DNA of 64,000 nt, from the NCBI GenBank assembly GCA_029571225.1, contig JAKPTF010000035.1, positions 12,575 through 76,574 of the forward strand. Reading direction: 5' to 3'. Source of the stretch: Candidatus Omnitrophota bacterium (GTDB lineage: Bacteria; Omnitrophota; Gorgyraeia; Gygaellales; Profunditerraquicolaceae). Shown here in pieces: positions 47,001 to 59,000 of this stretch (the stretch's first letter is position 1; the number at the start of each line of letters is the position of its first letter). Both the position numbers and the translations under genes were made by a program. The notes under the pieces are model-generated. The model had not been told where the DNA came from. It searched no databases and saw only the letters and a list, made by a program, of their open reading frames with translations.

Positions 47001-50000
47001 AATTATTTCTGGTCAGATATGCCAAATACCGCACGAGGGACGTCTTGCTTGCTGCGGTCGGGCCGACAAGAAGTACGCGCTCGTTCAGCCGGATCGCCGG
47101 AATTATATGGCGAAGGTAGCGCATGGTTGTCGGGATATGCACAAGGCTTGATTCCTTTCCCGGGACATACGGGCCGTCCACGTTGTTTATCTCCGACGTA
47201 TCCAGCGCCATATTGTTCGGATCATGCGCTCCGTTGGGGCTCAGACCGCTGAACGTCGTATCAAGCAGGTCTGCGAATATCTGCTGGTCCGTCTCGGAAC
47301 GGAGTGCGCTCGCATAGACCTCCTTGGCCTCTTCGTTGAACAGCCGCTTCAGCGCGAATTCATTAACCTGTTCGCCGTCCTCCCTCATCCGCTTTTCGCG
47401 CAGTTTAACGCGCTCGCACAGGCGGATCAGGTGCCTGAGGGTAAAACAAAACGGCTCTCTTTCGTCCCTTCCGAGGATCCTTTCCTTACTGTCGCGCACG
47501 AGCGATTGATGCAACTGGTCAATGCGGCCGAGAAGCAGGGTATCGAACCCGAATTTCTCATTCAGCAGGCTGATCCGTTCGCTCGGCAGCATCTCATCGA
47601 TCCATTTGACCCTGAAGCGGTTCATAAGCGCGGGCGAAAGGACGTTCCTTCCTATATAATCGGTCGGGTTCATGGTGGCGAACAGGCGAAAATCCGGATG
47701 CGGCACGATCTTTTCGCCGTCGTGCTCCCGCAGGACGATGTTATGGTCGTCGTCCAAAAGCGAATTGATGCGCTCGATAATCTGCGGTTCTGCAAGGTTG
47801 ATCTCATCCAGAAGGAGCCACTGGCCCTTTTTCATCGCCTCGATAAGGATGCCGTCAACCCAGGCGAATTTCCCGTTTGCCTGGGGCCTGCGGCCTCCGA
47901 TGAATTCCAGCTTATCGGTCTGGCCGTTCAGATTGAACCTGCGGAAATCATTGTTGGTCATGTATGCGAGATAGCGCACGAGCGACGTCTTGCCCACGCC
48001 GGTTTCACCGACCAGAAGCACCGGATCGTTCAATGTCACTGCCTGCGCGACCGCTTCAAGGTTAGAGACCGTGCTTTGCGTATGGACGAGCTGCGAGGAC
48101 TCTTTCTTCGGAACGAATGCGCCTGCCTGTTTCTTCACGGGAAGGATAACCGAATCAACCCGCACCGTATTGTCTTTTATTTCGATAGTGCCTTCCTTAT
48201 ACGGCAATACGACAGGCCCCTCTTCCTCTTTCTTTTGCTGCTGGTCCGCTGCCGGTTTTTCTTTCGGGCCTTCGACGGCCTTGCGGAACCTGATGAATTT
48301 CTCCGCAACGTCTGCGGACAACGGGCCGACCGCGATATGCGCTGCGTCAACGCTGTCGGATTCGTTCTCCAGCTTCTGCAGGGCAACGGTAACAGCCGCG
48401 CTCAATGCAGGGTTCAACCCCATGAGAAGCTCATTGCGCAGCTTTTCCGAAAATGCGCGCAGGCGCAAGTCGCCGATAACCTCGATGGCCGCCTTTTTGA
48501 TCTGGGTGACCTTGCTGGCAAGCGGAACATCGAGCAGCACCGTCGCAATCTCGCGCGGAAGCAGGACGAATATCCGTATGCCTTCCGCGATCTTCGCGTC
48601 CTCGCGGCTTGCAAGCATCTGGGCGATCTGTTTGAGGTACGGCTGCAGGTCCTGCGGAAAGTTCTCCGTTGCCCTGCGGAACTGGTCCGCGAGGCTAAGC
48701 GACGTAAAATCCTCCTCCTGGACGAAGTCAGCCATGGACATGATGTCGTATGTCTCATAGGTCTGCTCTTCCCACACTACGTCGATGTCGAAATCCCTCG
48801 ACTTGCTGCCCGTTGACGCGAATTTAGATTCCTTGACGATCTCCTTGAGCTGCTCCTTATCCTGCGGGGATTCCAGGCGGTCCTTGAACACGTACATGGC
48901 GCCCTTGAGGAACGTAGTGCGCATGTCGGCGTTGAAATTCTCGTTGAACGTCTTGATGAAATACGCCCATTGTTTCACGTCGCGCAGGGAGAAACTGTAT
49001 CCGTCATTGCCCATCTTGCGCCTGCCGATCTGCCCTTCCTGGATGCGCTTCTGGACATGCTTGTAGATCTTGATCATTTCCGCAATGACGTCGTCTGCGG
49101 CAAAACTGCCGAGGTAATGACGGATGATCGAGGTCAGCTCCTCATCGGTAAACTCACCGTCCATCCATATCTCGTGAAACTTGTTGCGCAAAGCCGGGGA
49201 GATCTTGTTGCGGCCCGAATACCGGGTCGGGTTCATGGCGGCGAAGAGCCTGAAGTTCGCATGCGGCCTGACCATCTCGCCTTCATGCTCGGTGACGACG
49301 ATAAAGCCATCGTCGTCTATGAGCGAGTTGATGCGTTCGAGGATCTGCGGTTCGGCAAGGTTCATTTCGTCAAGGAGGATCCAGTAGCCTTTTTTCATCG
49401 CCTCAATAAGGACGCCGTCGCGCCACAGATAGGAACGCTCCGCCGCATTCTCACCCGGGATATATTCCCCGATCAGCTCGCAGGTATCGGTCTGGCCGTC
49501 GAGGGAGACGCGCACGAAATTGTTCCCGGTCAGATGCGCAAGGTAACGGATGACCGATGTCTTGCTCGAGGCAGTCGGCCCGACGAGCAGGATGCGCTCA
49601 TTCTGGCGGACAGCCTTGATGATCTTGCGGGCATAGCACAAGGTGGACTTGACGTGCACGAGCTTTGCTTCTTCCCCGGGCACATACGGCCCCTGCACGT
49701 GTTCGATGCCGGACGTATCCAGCTCCTCGTCGGATACCGGGCAGGAATAGCAGTCGACGCCCGGAAAGACCTGCTGCATCTGTTCTTTGAAGACCTGCTG
49801 GTCTTCTTTTGACCGCAGCATGCTGCCGTAAATATCGCATGCCTCCTGCGCGAACAGCTTCATCACCAGCGGCCCGAACTCGAAATTATTGTTCGTGCGT
49901 GCTTTGACGCGCTTGGCAATGCGCAGAAGATGCCTGACGGTGAAATAATACGGTTCCGGCTCGTTCTTGCCCAGGGTCGGAGCAATGCTGCGCAGGTTCT

Positions 50001-53000
50001 GGTGAAGCATGATAACGCGGGCGATCACGTCCTCATCGAAGCCGAATTTGCGGCGCACAAGATTCAACAACTCGCGCTCGCTCAGTTCCTCGATCCATTT
50101 CACGCGGAAACGGTTCATCAAAGCGGGAGACAAGGCCTGGCGGCCGGCATACTCAACCGGGTTCATGGTAGCGAACAGGCGGAAGTTGGGATGCGGAACG
50201 ATCTTCTCACCGTCATGCTCGCGCAGGATGATATTGCGGTCGTCGTCGAGCAGCGAGTTGATGCGCTCGATGATCTGCGGTTCTGCCAGGTTGATCTCAT
50301 CCAGGAGCAGCCAGTATCCGTTCTTCATGGATTCTATCAGTATGCCGTCAACCCATTTCAACGTGCCGTCGGCCTGCGGCCTGCGGCCGCCGATGAACTC
50401 CAGCTTATCGGTCTGGCCGTTCAAGTTGAACCTGCGGAAGTTATTATTGCTCAAATAGGCCAGATAGCGCACAAGCGACGTCTTGCCAACGCCCGTTTCG
50501 CCGATGAGCAGGATAGGATCGTTAAGCGTCACTGCCTGGCCGATCGCCTCGAGATTGCTCACGGTCGAGGCTGTATGCACGAGATGAGCGACGTCTGCGG
50601 AAGGGACATACGGCCCGCCCTGTTCATTGATCATTACCTTCGCGCAGCCGACCTGCACATAACCTTCCTTGGGCGGCAGGATGCGATTGTTCGCGTCGCG
50701 TTCGTTGAAGTGCTTGCGCGACCGCACGGACTCAAAACATTGCTTCATTTGCGGATGATATTTGGCAAAAACAGCTGCCACTTCATCTGATTTCTTCTGC
50801 AGGTCTTCCGGCAGGACCGGCGCATTGAGATCGACTTCTGCAGCCACATCTTTTAATAATCTGCCGTCCACTTTCTTATAGCCGAGCGTAATGAGCGCCC
50901 GCGCTGCCGATGCTGCCACAAACCTGTCTTTGCGGTCCAGGAGCGTCATCAAGTATGTTGCGTATTTCTTGAACCGGAATTGATTGACCAGGTCGATGAT
51001 CGCCCGTTTGATCGGCCCATCCTCATAGGTAATGGTATGGTCGATCAGCTGTTGCGCTATTTCAGGCGGCAGGCCTTTCCAGGCATAAATTGCGGCAACG
51101 GTCGTCATATCGACTTTATCGCTGAGCATTCCGGAACTTTCCCTGATCGCTCCGGCCAGATCTTCAGTTTGGCCGCGGACAAAATACCTGAACAGGACAT
51201 CCAGGTTGTTTGAGAACAAAATGTCCCGCTCGTCAAATCCTTTGAATTCCACGATCTGGTCAAACTCATCGCTTGCCGCGACATCGATAAAGCTGCCCAG
51301 ATTCAGCTCCGACATAGTTTTCATGAATTCTTTGCGGTCCTCGGGCTTTTCCATGCGGTCGCGGTATACGTACATCGCGCCCTTGACGAATGACCGGGCA
51401 AGGCCCAGTCGAGGGCTGAACTCGCGCACGTAATTCGACCACGCGCGCAGGTCTCTCAGGCTGAACTCATACGGCTCTTTGCGGCCGGCGCCGATCATGT
51501 TCTTTTTAACCTTTTCCCTCAGCTTGGAATGCAGACAGACCATCTCCTTAACCACCTCATCCTTCTGCGTGAGGTTCTCAAGGGGTTTTATCGCGTCTGC
51601 GACCAGGTCTTGTTTACCGCCGTCCTTCATCGGCGCAAGTGTCGCCTCGGTCACCGCAGGATCGAGCGCCTTGTTGAGCTGATACCATTCTTTCTGGTTT
51701 AACCCGTAGTTCGCAGCCAGGGAATGCAGGAAATCCACCTTTTGCTGCTGCGAATACGCTTGCCATTCGGGCTGGGCCTGCTTGTCATAGAGTTTAAGTG
51801 CGGCGTCATGGAAATCCGGCCGGATATCCTTGAGGATAGTCTTGAGGTAAACATGCGTCCATCCGCCCGGAGGACCGCGCGCAGCAAGCTCCATGTGCTC
51901 ATAGAGCCTGATCAACTGTTGTTCCTGTCCGATAACGTCCTTACGCCTGAATTGCCGTCCAAGCCACGATTCGTATTTGGCGACCACGCCCTGGACCAGC
52001 TGGTAACTTTCGATGCCTTTGAGATTGCTGATAAAGTCGTCTGCGCTCCTCGCTCCCCTCGCTGCTGCAGGCACGCCTTCGGAGATAGCCTCATCAGCCG
52101 CGATCTCCTTGGAACGGAGGAACTCGGCCAGCGCCTCGATACTGCGACAGCACTGCCTGAGCTGTTCCGGAGCCAGGCTAAAGACGAGTTTTTTGAAATC
52201 TTCGTGCCTGCTCATGGTCTTGAACGTTTCAAGGCTGACACCGGCCTTTTTGTCAAGCCGCACCTGTGCCGCACTAAGCACCAGTATTTTTAACCTGGCT
52301 TCTTCAAAAGACTGTGAGTGATCCGCAATCTCATCCTGAAATGCACCTTCTTCCTGCAATTCACGGAGCAAAATTTCCGTGTTGCGCTTGTCAGAGAGTG
52401 TATTAATGATCCTGCGGGCAACATCCGAGCGGGAATTAAGCAGGAATAATTTAAGCAGCCCTGCTATGTCCTTATTCGACCACTGGCCGATGATGCTGTT
52501 CATCTTTAAGATCAGCTCATCAGGGCACGGATCACAATCAGGGATCAGCATTTTTTCGATCACCGCTCTCTCTTTGTTACTTATGGAACAAGATACCCGC
52601 AACTGCCTGAATGCGAACACGGCATATATGCCAAGATGAATAAGCGACGCTACCAGCATCACAGGCACGAAAAGGCAGCAAACGCTTCCGAAGAGCCAAT
52701 AATACCAGGGGATTACAAAAGTTATGCCATAAAACCATTCTATTCCGACTAAGGCTATGGCGAATATTATTCCACCGAGGATTTCGCCGACGGGTACTAT
52801 ATGAAGCGCTATAAAGGCCCCGAGAAACTTCGAGTCCCATAAACCTTGGATCCTCTGATCACATTTGGCCGAGAGCTGTTCCAATGCAGCGTCTTTATTC
52901 GCCAGGGGCAGCGCCGCATACTCGGCAAACAGTTCCTCCTCGTCCGGATTGCCGCCGTCCATCAGCGGCGCCAGGGTCGCCTCGGTCACCGCAGGATCGA

Positions 53001-56000
53001 GCGCATAGACAAATTTCTGCTGTAGTGATAACGTCTCCCAATCAGGCCGCAAGCGCCGGTGATACAGCTGGGTAATAGCCTCTTTCAACCGGCCGGGACC
53101 GCATGCTTCCCTGGCGATAACAAGAAATTCCAGATTCTCCTGGCGGCCGCCGTCGAATGCCCCGGACATGCGATAGTGCTGATCTATTGCGGCATACTCT
53201 TCTTTTACCCTGGCCATCCATTGATCATGAGCTTCCCTGCCGTTTTGCCCGGAGAATTCCGGTATTGTTTTCTGCGCTGTCGTTGATATCAGGTCAAACA
53301 GTTCCGTGTCGGATCCGGTCCCGGTGCCGAATGTATGCTGCAGGTCGCGTATAAGACATATCCCCATGCCGATGCGCTCGAGAACCGTCTGATCGTACAG
53401 ATTCTGATATGACAGAGAAGAAATATTCCTGGCCAGATGAGCCGGCGACAGGAAAAGCCATTCTAACATAAGCGATTTGATAATGGTCGCCGGAACGGAT
53501 AATGAGATCCCACCCAGCACCAGAGACACGGCAACGGCGGAGAGCCAGGTAATAGGCGAGACGATCACCACCCATATCAGGATGTAGCCGATGTTAAGGG
53601 ATGCCTTTGCGCACCATGAAAGCACGGTATCAATGGTGTTTATCGTCTTGCGGTGCCTGCCAAGGGCGAGCGGCCATCCTGCCGCATCTTTACTGCGTGT
53701 TTTCCATCCGATCAGATGAGCTGTCATACGGCAGGAATCAGTTTCCAGGGACGGATATAAACCGTTGAACACCGCCGCTGCCAGATTGACATGCGTGAAT
53801 ATTATCAGCGCAAGCCAGGGAGACGCGATGTTCGGGATCAATACCGAAAAGGGCGCGATCCCCAGGGAATACAGGACGATAAGGCCGATCACTGCCAGGA
53901 TGAGGTTGGATAAAGGCCCTGCCGCTGCTACGTAGAAGCCGGACCGGCTGGAGCTAGTGATCGCCGTTGCGGGATCCTCCTCGACATATGATGAGACAGC
54001 GGACAGCCTGATGCGTCTTATGGGCCTCTTGAATCGGATCATGACGAGCGCATGCGCGGCCTCATGGATGGCTGATATGGAATATACTCCGAGAGTCAAG
54101 GCGCCCAGCACCGGGTTCAAGACCCACAGGACGATTATTGCAGGAACAAGAAGAACCAGATTAAAGTGCAGTTCGATCGGGATCGATGTGGGCAGGTGAT
54201 AGACGCTTGAGAACCCTCTTCCGGTCCAGCCGGATTTTCGCCGCTCCGTTTCAGATTCTCCGCCGTCGCGCAGGATGACGTGCGGCAGGGTCTGATAATC
54301 GGGCACGACGGTGCGGATGTTCACCGCGCGCTTGAGCTTCTCCCAATCGACCTTATTGAGCTGATGCTCTGCGGCGATATTCTTCAACCAACCCAGCTTC
54401 TCCTCCAAGGATAAGCCGTTCCATTCAGGCCCGCTTGTCTTCTCAAACACCTTGACCGCCGCTCTGCGCAAAGGCGCATGGGGTCCGTAGTTTTCCTGTA
54501 TCTGTGTCCTGAAATACAAATAGGTCCAATCTGCGGAATCACGAGGTATCGTCAGCCCGATTTCTGATATAAGATCCTTCAGTTTAGTCTCCTGAACGTC
54601 AAGTTCATAATTATGCCCGAGCGGACCGTTAATAAAATAACCCAATTCCCACTGTTTATATGCCCGCACCACAGCTTCTTTCAGGGCCCAGAACTTAATG
54701 GCATGCAGATTCCGAGCAATCTCCTCTTTGGTGGCGGCGCGGGTCGCCGCGGGCACAGAATCGCATAATATCCCGTCGACTGCGATCCCCCGGCTGCGAA
54801 GGCCGCTGCACATCGAGACGATCATATCAAGGCTTTGCTGAAAATCATCCTGCGCGAGATTGCGGATCATTTCCAGAAATTCAGTCTGCGTGGTAAGATG
54901 AAGAAACACCTCGTGGGCATGCCGCATACCTTCCGACCCCTCTCCCAGGTACGGCACAAGCTGACGCTCAAATCCATACAGGGCGCGCAACCTATCCCTG
55001 GCGGTTTCGGCACTATCTGCCAGGCGGAATACTTCGCTCTGGAACTTTAACTCTGCCTGTAGCGATTCCGTAAGCCTTGCTCTTCTTCTATCGTTCCAGA
55101 CAGACAACGCGCAAAACCGCACGGCCTTGTCGCCCTGCAGCCGGGAGAGCCAATCCTGGATCAGAAACGTCAAATACCTGTCCGGAAGCTGGCTGAAGGC
55201 TTTTGCCGATCTCTCCAGACTATTATCAGATACATCGGAGCTGTCAGATACTATGATCTTCTTCATCCGGGGATGATCAACGCAATGGTGCACGGCCAAC
55301 GCAATATCATACACATGACCCGTGAGGAATAAAGCGCCCATAACAGGCATGATATAAAGAATATTCAGGGAAAGCGTGAAACCCACGCCAGCAGCTATAA
55401 AGTTTAAAATTACAGTCATGAAGAAAACTATCCATCCAAGATCAGCTTCTGGTGACGTATGATATGTCCGCGCCTCCAGTGTTTTCCAGAAAGGGACCTG
55501 CGGCAGAGCCTTGCATAAGCGATTAGAGATTTCTTCATCTGCCACAAGCAGCATATTGACTACGAAGTTTAAAATAGATATCATGAATATTGTCGCGCAC
55601 AAAATGAGGCCCAGAGCGGACAACATAAAAATTCCATCGATAGTCACGGCCTGCGTATAGAACTGCCATGCCAGACCTGTATCGCCTCCTGACAACGCAG
55701 CCCAGGCCTGCGCAAAATATGAAAGAGATATCTGATCCTGGGGGGTTAAGAAACCGGCGGCGAAAACGCTGCATGCAGTCCACAGCGACCCGCCATCCGA
55801 ACGCAGGCTCGCCAGTCCGTCCTGGTCTGTTAATTTCTCCCGAATAAGACCGTTGTTGAACTGCGGGTTGACCCAGACGATCCTTCCATCAGGCGTAATG
55901 TCGCAGAGCGCGGGGCACACAATATCGATGCCGAAGGTCCTGTGCCACTCATCCTGTATATCGCGCGGCAATATCAAACGGTATATGTCGGCCACCGCAC

Positions 56001-59000
56001 GACCCTGCTCGACGTGGGTATATGCGGCCCTGTCCGGCCAATTCGCCGGGTCAAGAACCGTTTGCCAATCCGCCTCTGTAATCTCTCCCTTCTGCAGGCC
56101 CAACACCACCCTTAAACTGCTCAAGAGTTTTTGTCTTTCCTTCGAAAGGTCGCCGCCGTCATGCTCTGCCGCTAAACTAGTCTCCTTGGCACTGATTATT
56201 TCAAGCGCATCCCCGGCCATTTGAAGCGTTGCTTTCATACCCCGTATCTGCTCATCGGAAAAATCGCCGCTGGCGCGCACACTTTCAGCGATCTCATCGC
56301 GCATCTCTGCGGCGCGCGCGCGGCGGTCCGCAGGCTTTTCCTCCGCAACCAGATGGTGAATACCCTCGGCGATCATAACCAGGTTCCGGTCGTTCATGAA
56401 GTCTGCCGGGCGCAACTGGCCGGCAATATCCTTGAGCTGCTGTACCGACGTTATGGCATAATCGTGGTTAACCAGGCCAAAGGCTGAAAACATCAAAACG
56501 AATACACCTATAATTCCCAGGCTGAAGGGCACATAAAACGGAAGAATGCCGATTACGGACAATACCGCCAGGGCAATGCAACTGACCGCGACAATCCGGC
56601 TGTAGACTACGGTCACCCTGTTCGCATAAACGACATTTGTTTTCATCGCAAGCAATGACCTGATCACGCGGCCCGAATCAAGCGGGTACATCGGCATGAA
56701 AAGATTGAATATGCCCAGAATCCAATTGATCAGGCCAAGCGACACCAGCCAGGCGAGCGGGCTTGCCATATCTATGACCGGCCAGGCGAACAGGTTGAAC
56801 GAAGCACCCAGGAGCGCTGCGGGAACGAACAGCGACGCTGCTATGCCGAAACTTGCAAGGGGGCCGGCAATGGAAACCAGAAATTCCTGTTTCGGATCCC
56901 TGAACTTCATGTCCCGGATCGCCGTAGTGCCTCCCAGGATATGAAGCGTAATATGATCCGTTTCAAAGCCGTATCGCCGGGCAGCGCGGATATGCGAAAA
57001 TTCATGCGCCAGCACTGACAGAAGAACGGCAATATAGAACAACAGAAGTTCCCATCCGGTTAACGCAAACAGGGCAATCGGAATAACCAGCGTGATGTGC
57101 AGCCGCAGCGGGATCCTGGTCGGTATCTGTAACGATGGAAATATCCCGTCGCCGACCAATTCCCAGGATTTGCTCTGCGCTGCGCCGCCGTCCCGGCTCG
57201 CATCGATCCGTGTCGACGGACAAACCACCCTGGCTCTGAACCATAGAGGAACATGCCGGATCATATCCTGCCTGATCGAAACAGCTTTTATAAAGCTGTC
57301 CTGCGCCATGTCTTCAAAGCCAAGGGCAAGCGACATTGCCCCCAGGTTTACATGTGATATATGGCACGCCGGATTGAGCTCGATTGCCTTCTGCATCTCT
57401 ATAATGGCTTGCTGAAAATAACCCTGCCGGTAATAGAGTAGCATGCTGCGGTTATAGAGAACCGACGCGTAATCGGGATTCTGCTCAAGCGCCTTCCGAT
57501 ATGCCGAAAGTGCGGCGTCATAGTGGCCGAACTCCGCATATACCGCTCCCAGGTTATTATAAATACAACAGCTCACGCCCGGCTTATCCATTATCTGGAA
57601 CCCGAAGTAAAACAGATTCAATAATTCTTTCTTTGTGATGCGGTCGACATCCAGCACGCCTGCCTGATATTGCTGCTCGAGTTCGATAACACGCTCGCCG
57701 GATATTTTATAGTTTGGCTTGAGTACCCAATATACGCCTGCTTTGCGGTAATATTTCCTAACATTGACGACCCGCAACGTGTTTAATATGAAATCGATCA
57801 CCAGCAATCTTTTCTTGTCAAGCATGAGCCCGACAAAACAATGTCCGATACGGCTGCAACCCCGGACGTTGAATCCCAACATTGCCAGGATGATATACGT
57901 CAATTGCGCGGTTACAATACATCGCGCGAGGCATGCTTTCATAGCAGCGCTTTCGCTGCCGGAACGGGAATCGGCATCAATGACATCGAATATATTTTCG
58001 TGGTTCAGGCTGTTGACTAACAGCATGCTTATCTGCGGCGGATCAACCTCTTCAAAAATCCGGTTCCTGTCGAACAGGTCCCACACCACAAGCATTAATT
58101 GGCCGAGATGCTTTCTGCCTTCGGGGGCATTACGCAGGCACTGATGCCATTGCGCTGATTGTTCTGTAAGGGTTTGCCATGTATCTTCAGGAAGGACCTG
58201 TTTGATCTGAGCGTTCAACGCCGGAACGGCATTTTCAGGATACCCGATGCTCACGAGAATACCGGATAATTTTTCATCATACGCTCCGCCGTCCAGGCTG
58301 AGATACAACTCCAGAGCCTTGTTCCTGACCAGCGCAGTCATTTCCGCTTTCATATCGGCATCGTCAGGGTGCGCCATGCAGCGGCGGAAGGCGCTATCAA
58401 AAACCCGGGCCGTGAATTCAAATCCTGCGTTATAGTAAAATTTTATGTAGCCGAACATCCCTGCCGGATCGCGGTCGATCACCGGCGACGGATCATGCGC
58501 AAATCCCCTGACCGCGCCCTCATGAAGGGAATATATTGCACGGAGCCGTTCGATGAATATCTCGCGCGTCCAACCCTGATGCCGGTATTCCGGGAACAGG
58601 AAGAACCCGGTATTAAAGAACCACTTGGAATGCCAGCCAAATCCGACAATCCCATCCCTGTTGGCCAGGATCTCGAGCCTTTCATGGCGGCCGCCGATCG
58701 TGACGTTGAACCCGCGGGGTCTTTCCGAACAGGACCAGTGTATCCCGCGGCCGAGGATCGTCGTGTAGAACGGATCGTTCTCGAACATCATGATACCTTC
58801 TGTCTCAAGACAGAAATACGTCCTGCCGTAACGGGCGCTGTGCTGACTTATTTTTGCATCAAGCATTGCTACCTGGTCAGAGCTATCGGCCCAATCGGAA
58901 TCGAAAAGCTCGATCGGCTCTTTGATCCTGCTGACGATTTCTTCGCGTCCTGTCCCGCCGTCGCGCAGCGCTCTCTCGATCATCTTGATGTCGCTTGAAA

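Noticed and set aside
44550-50700. CRISPR array or IS-element repeats as the explanation for the regular roughly 1-kb repeats seen in the antisense ORFs
   Set aside because: The repeats are about 1 kb long, in-frame and protein-coding (AAA_5 ATPase modules with Walker A/B motifs), and are diverged at the protein level. There are no short direct repeats with unique spacers and no transposase.
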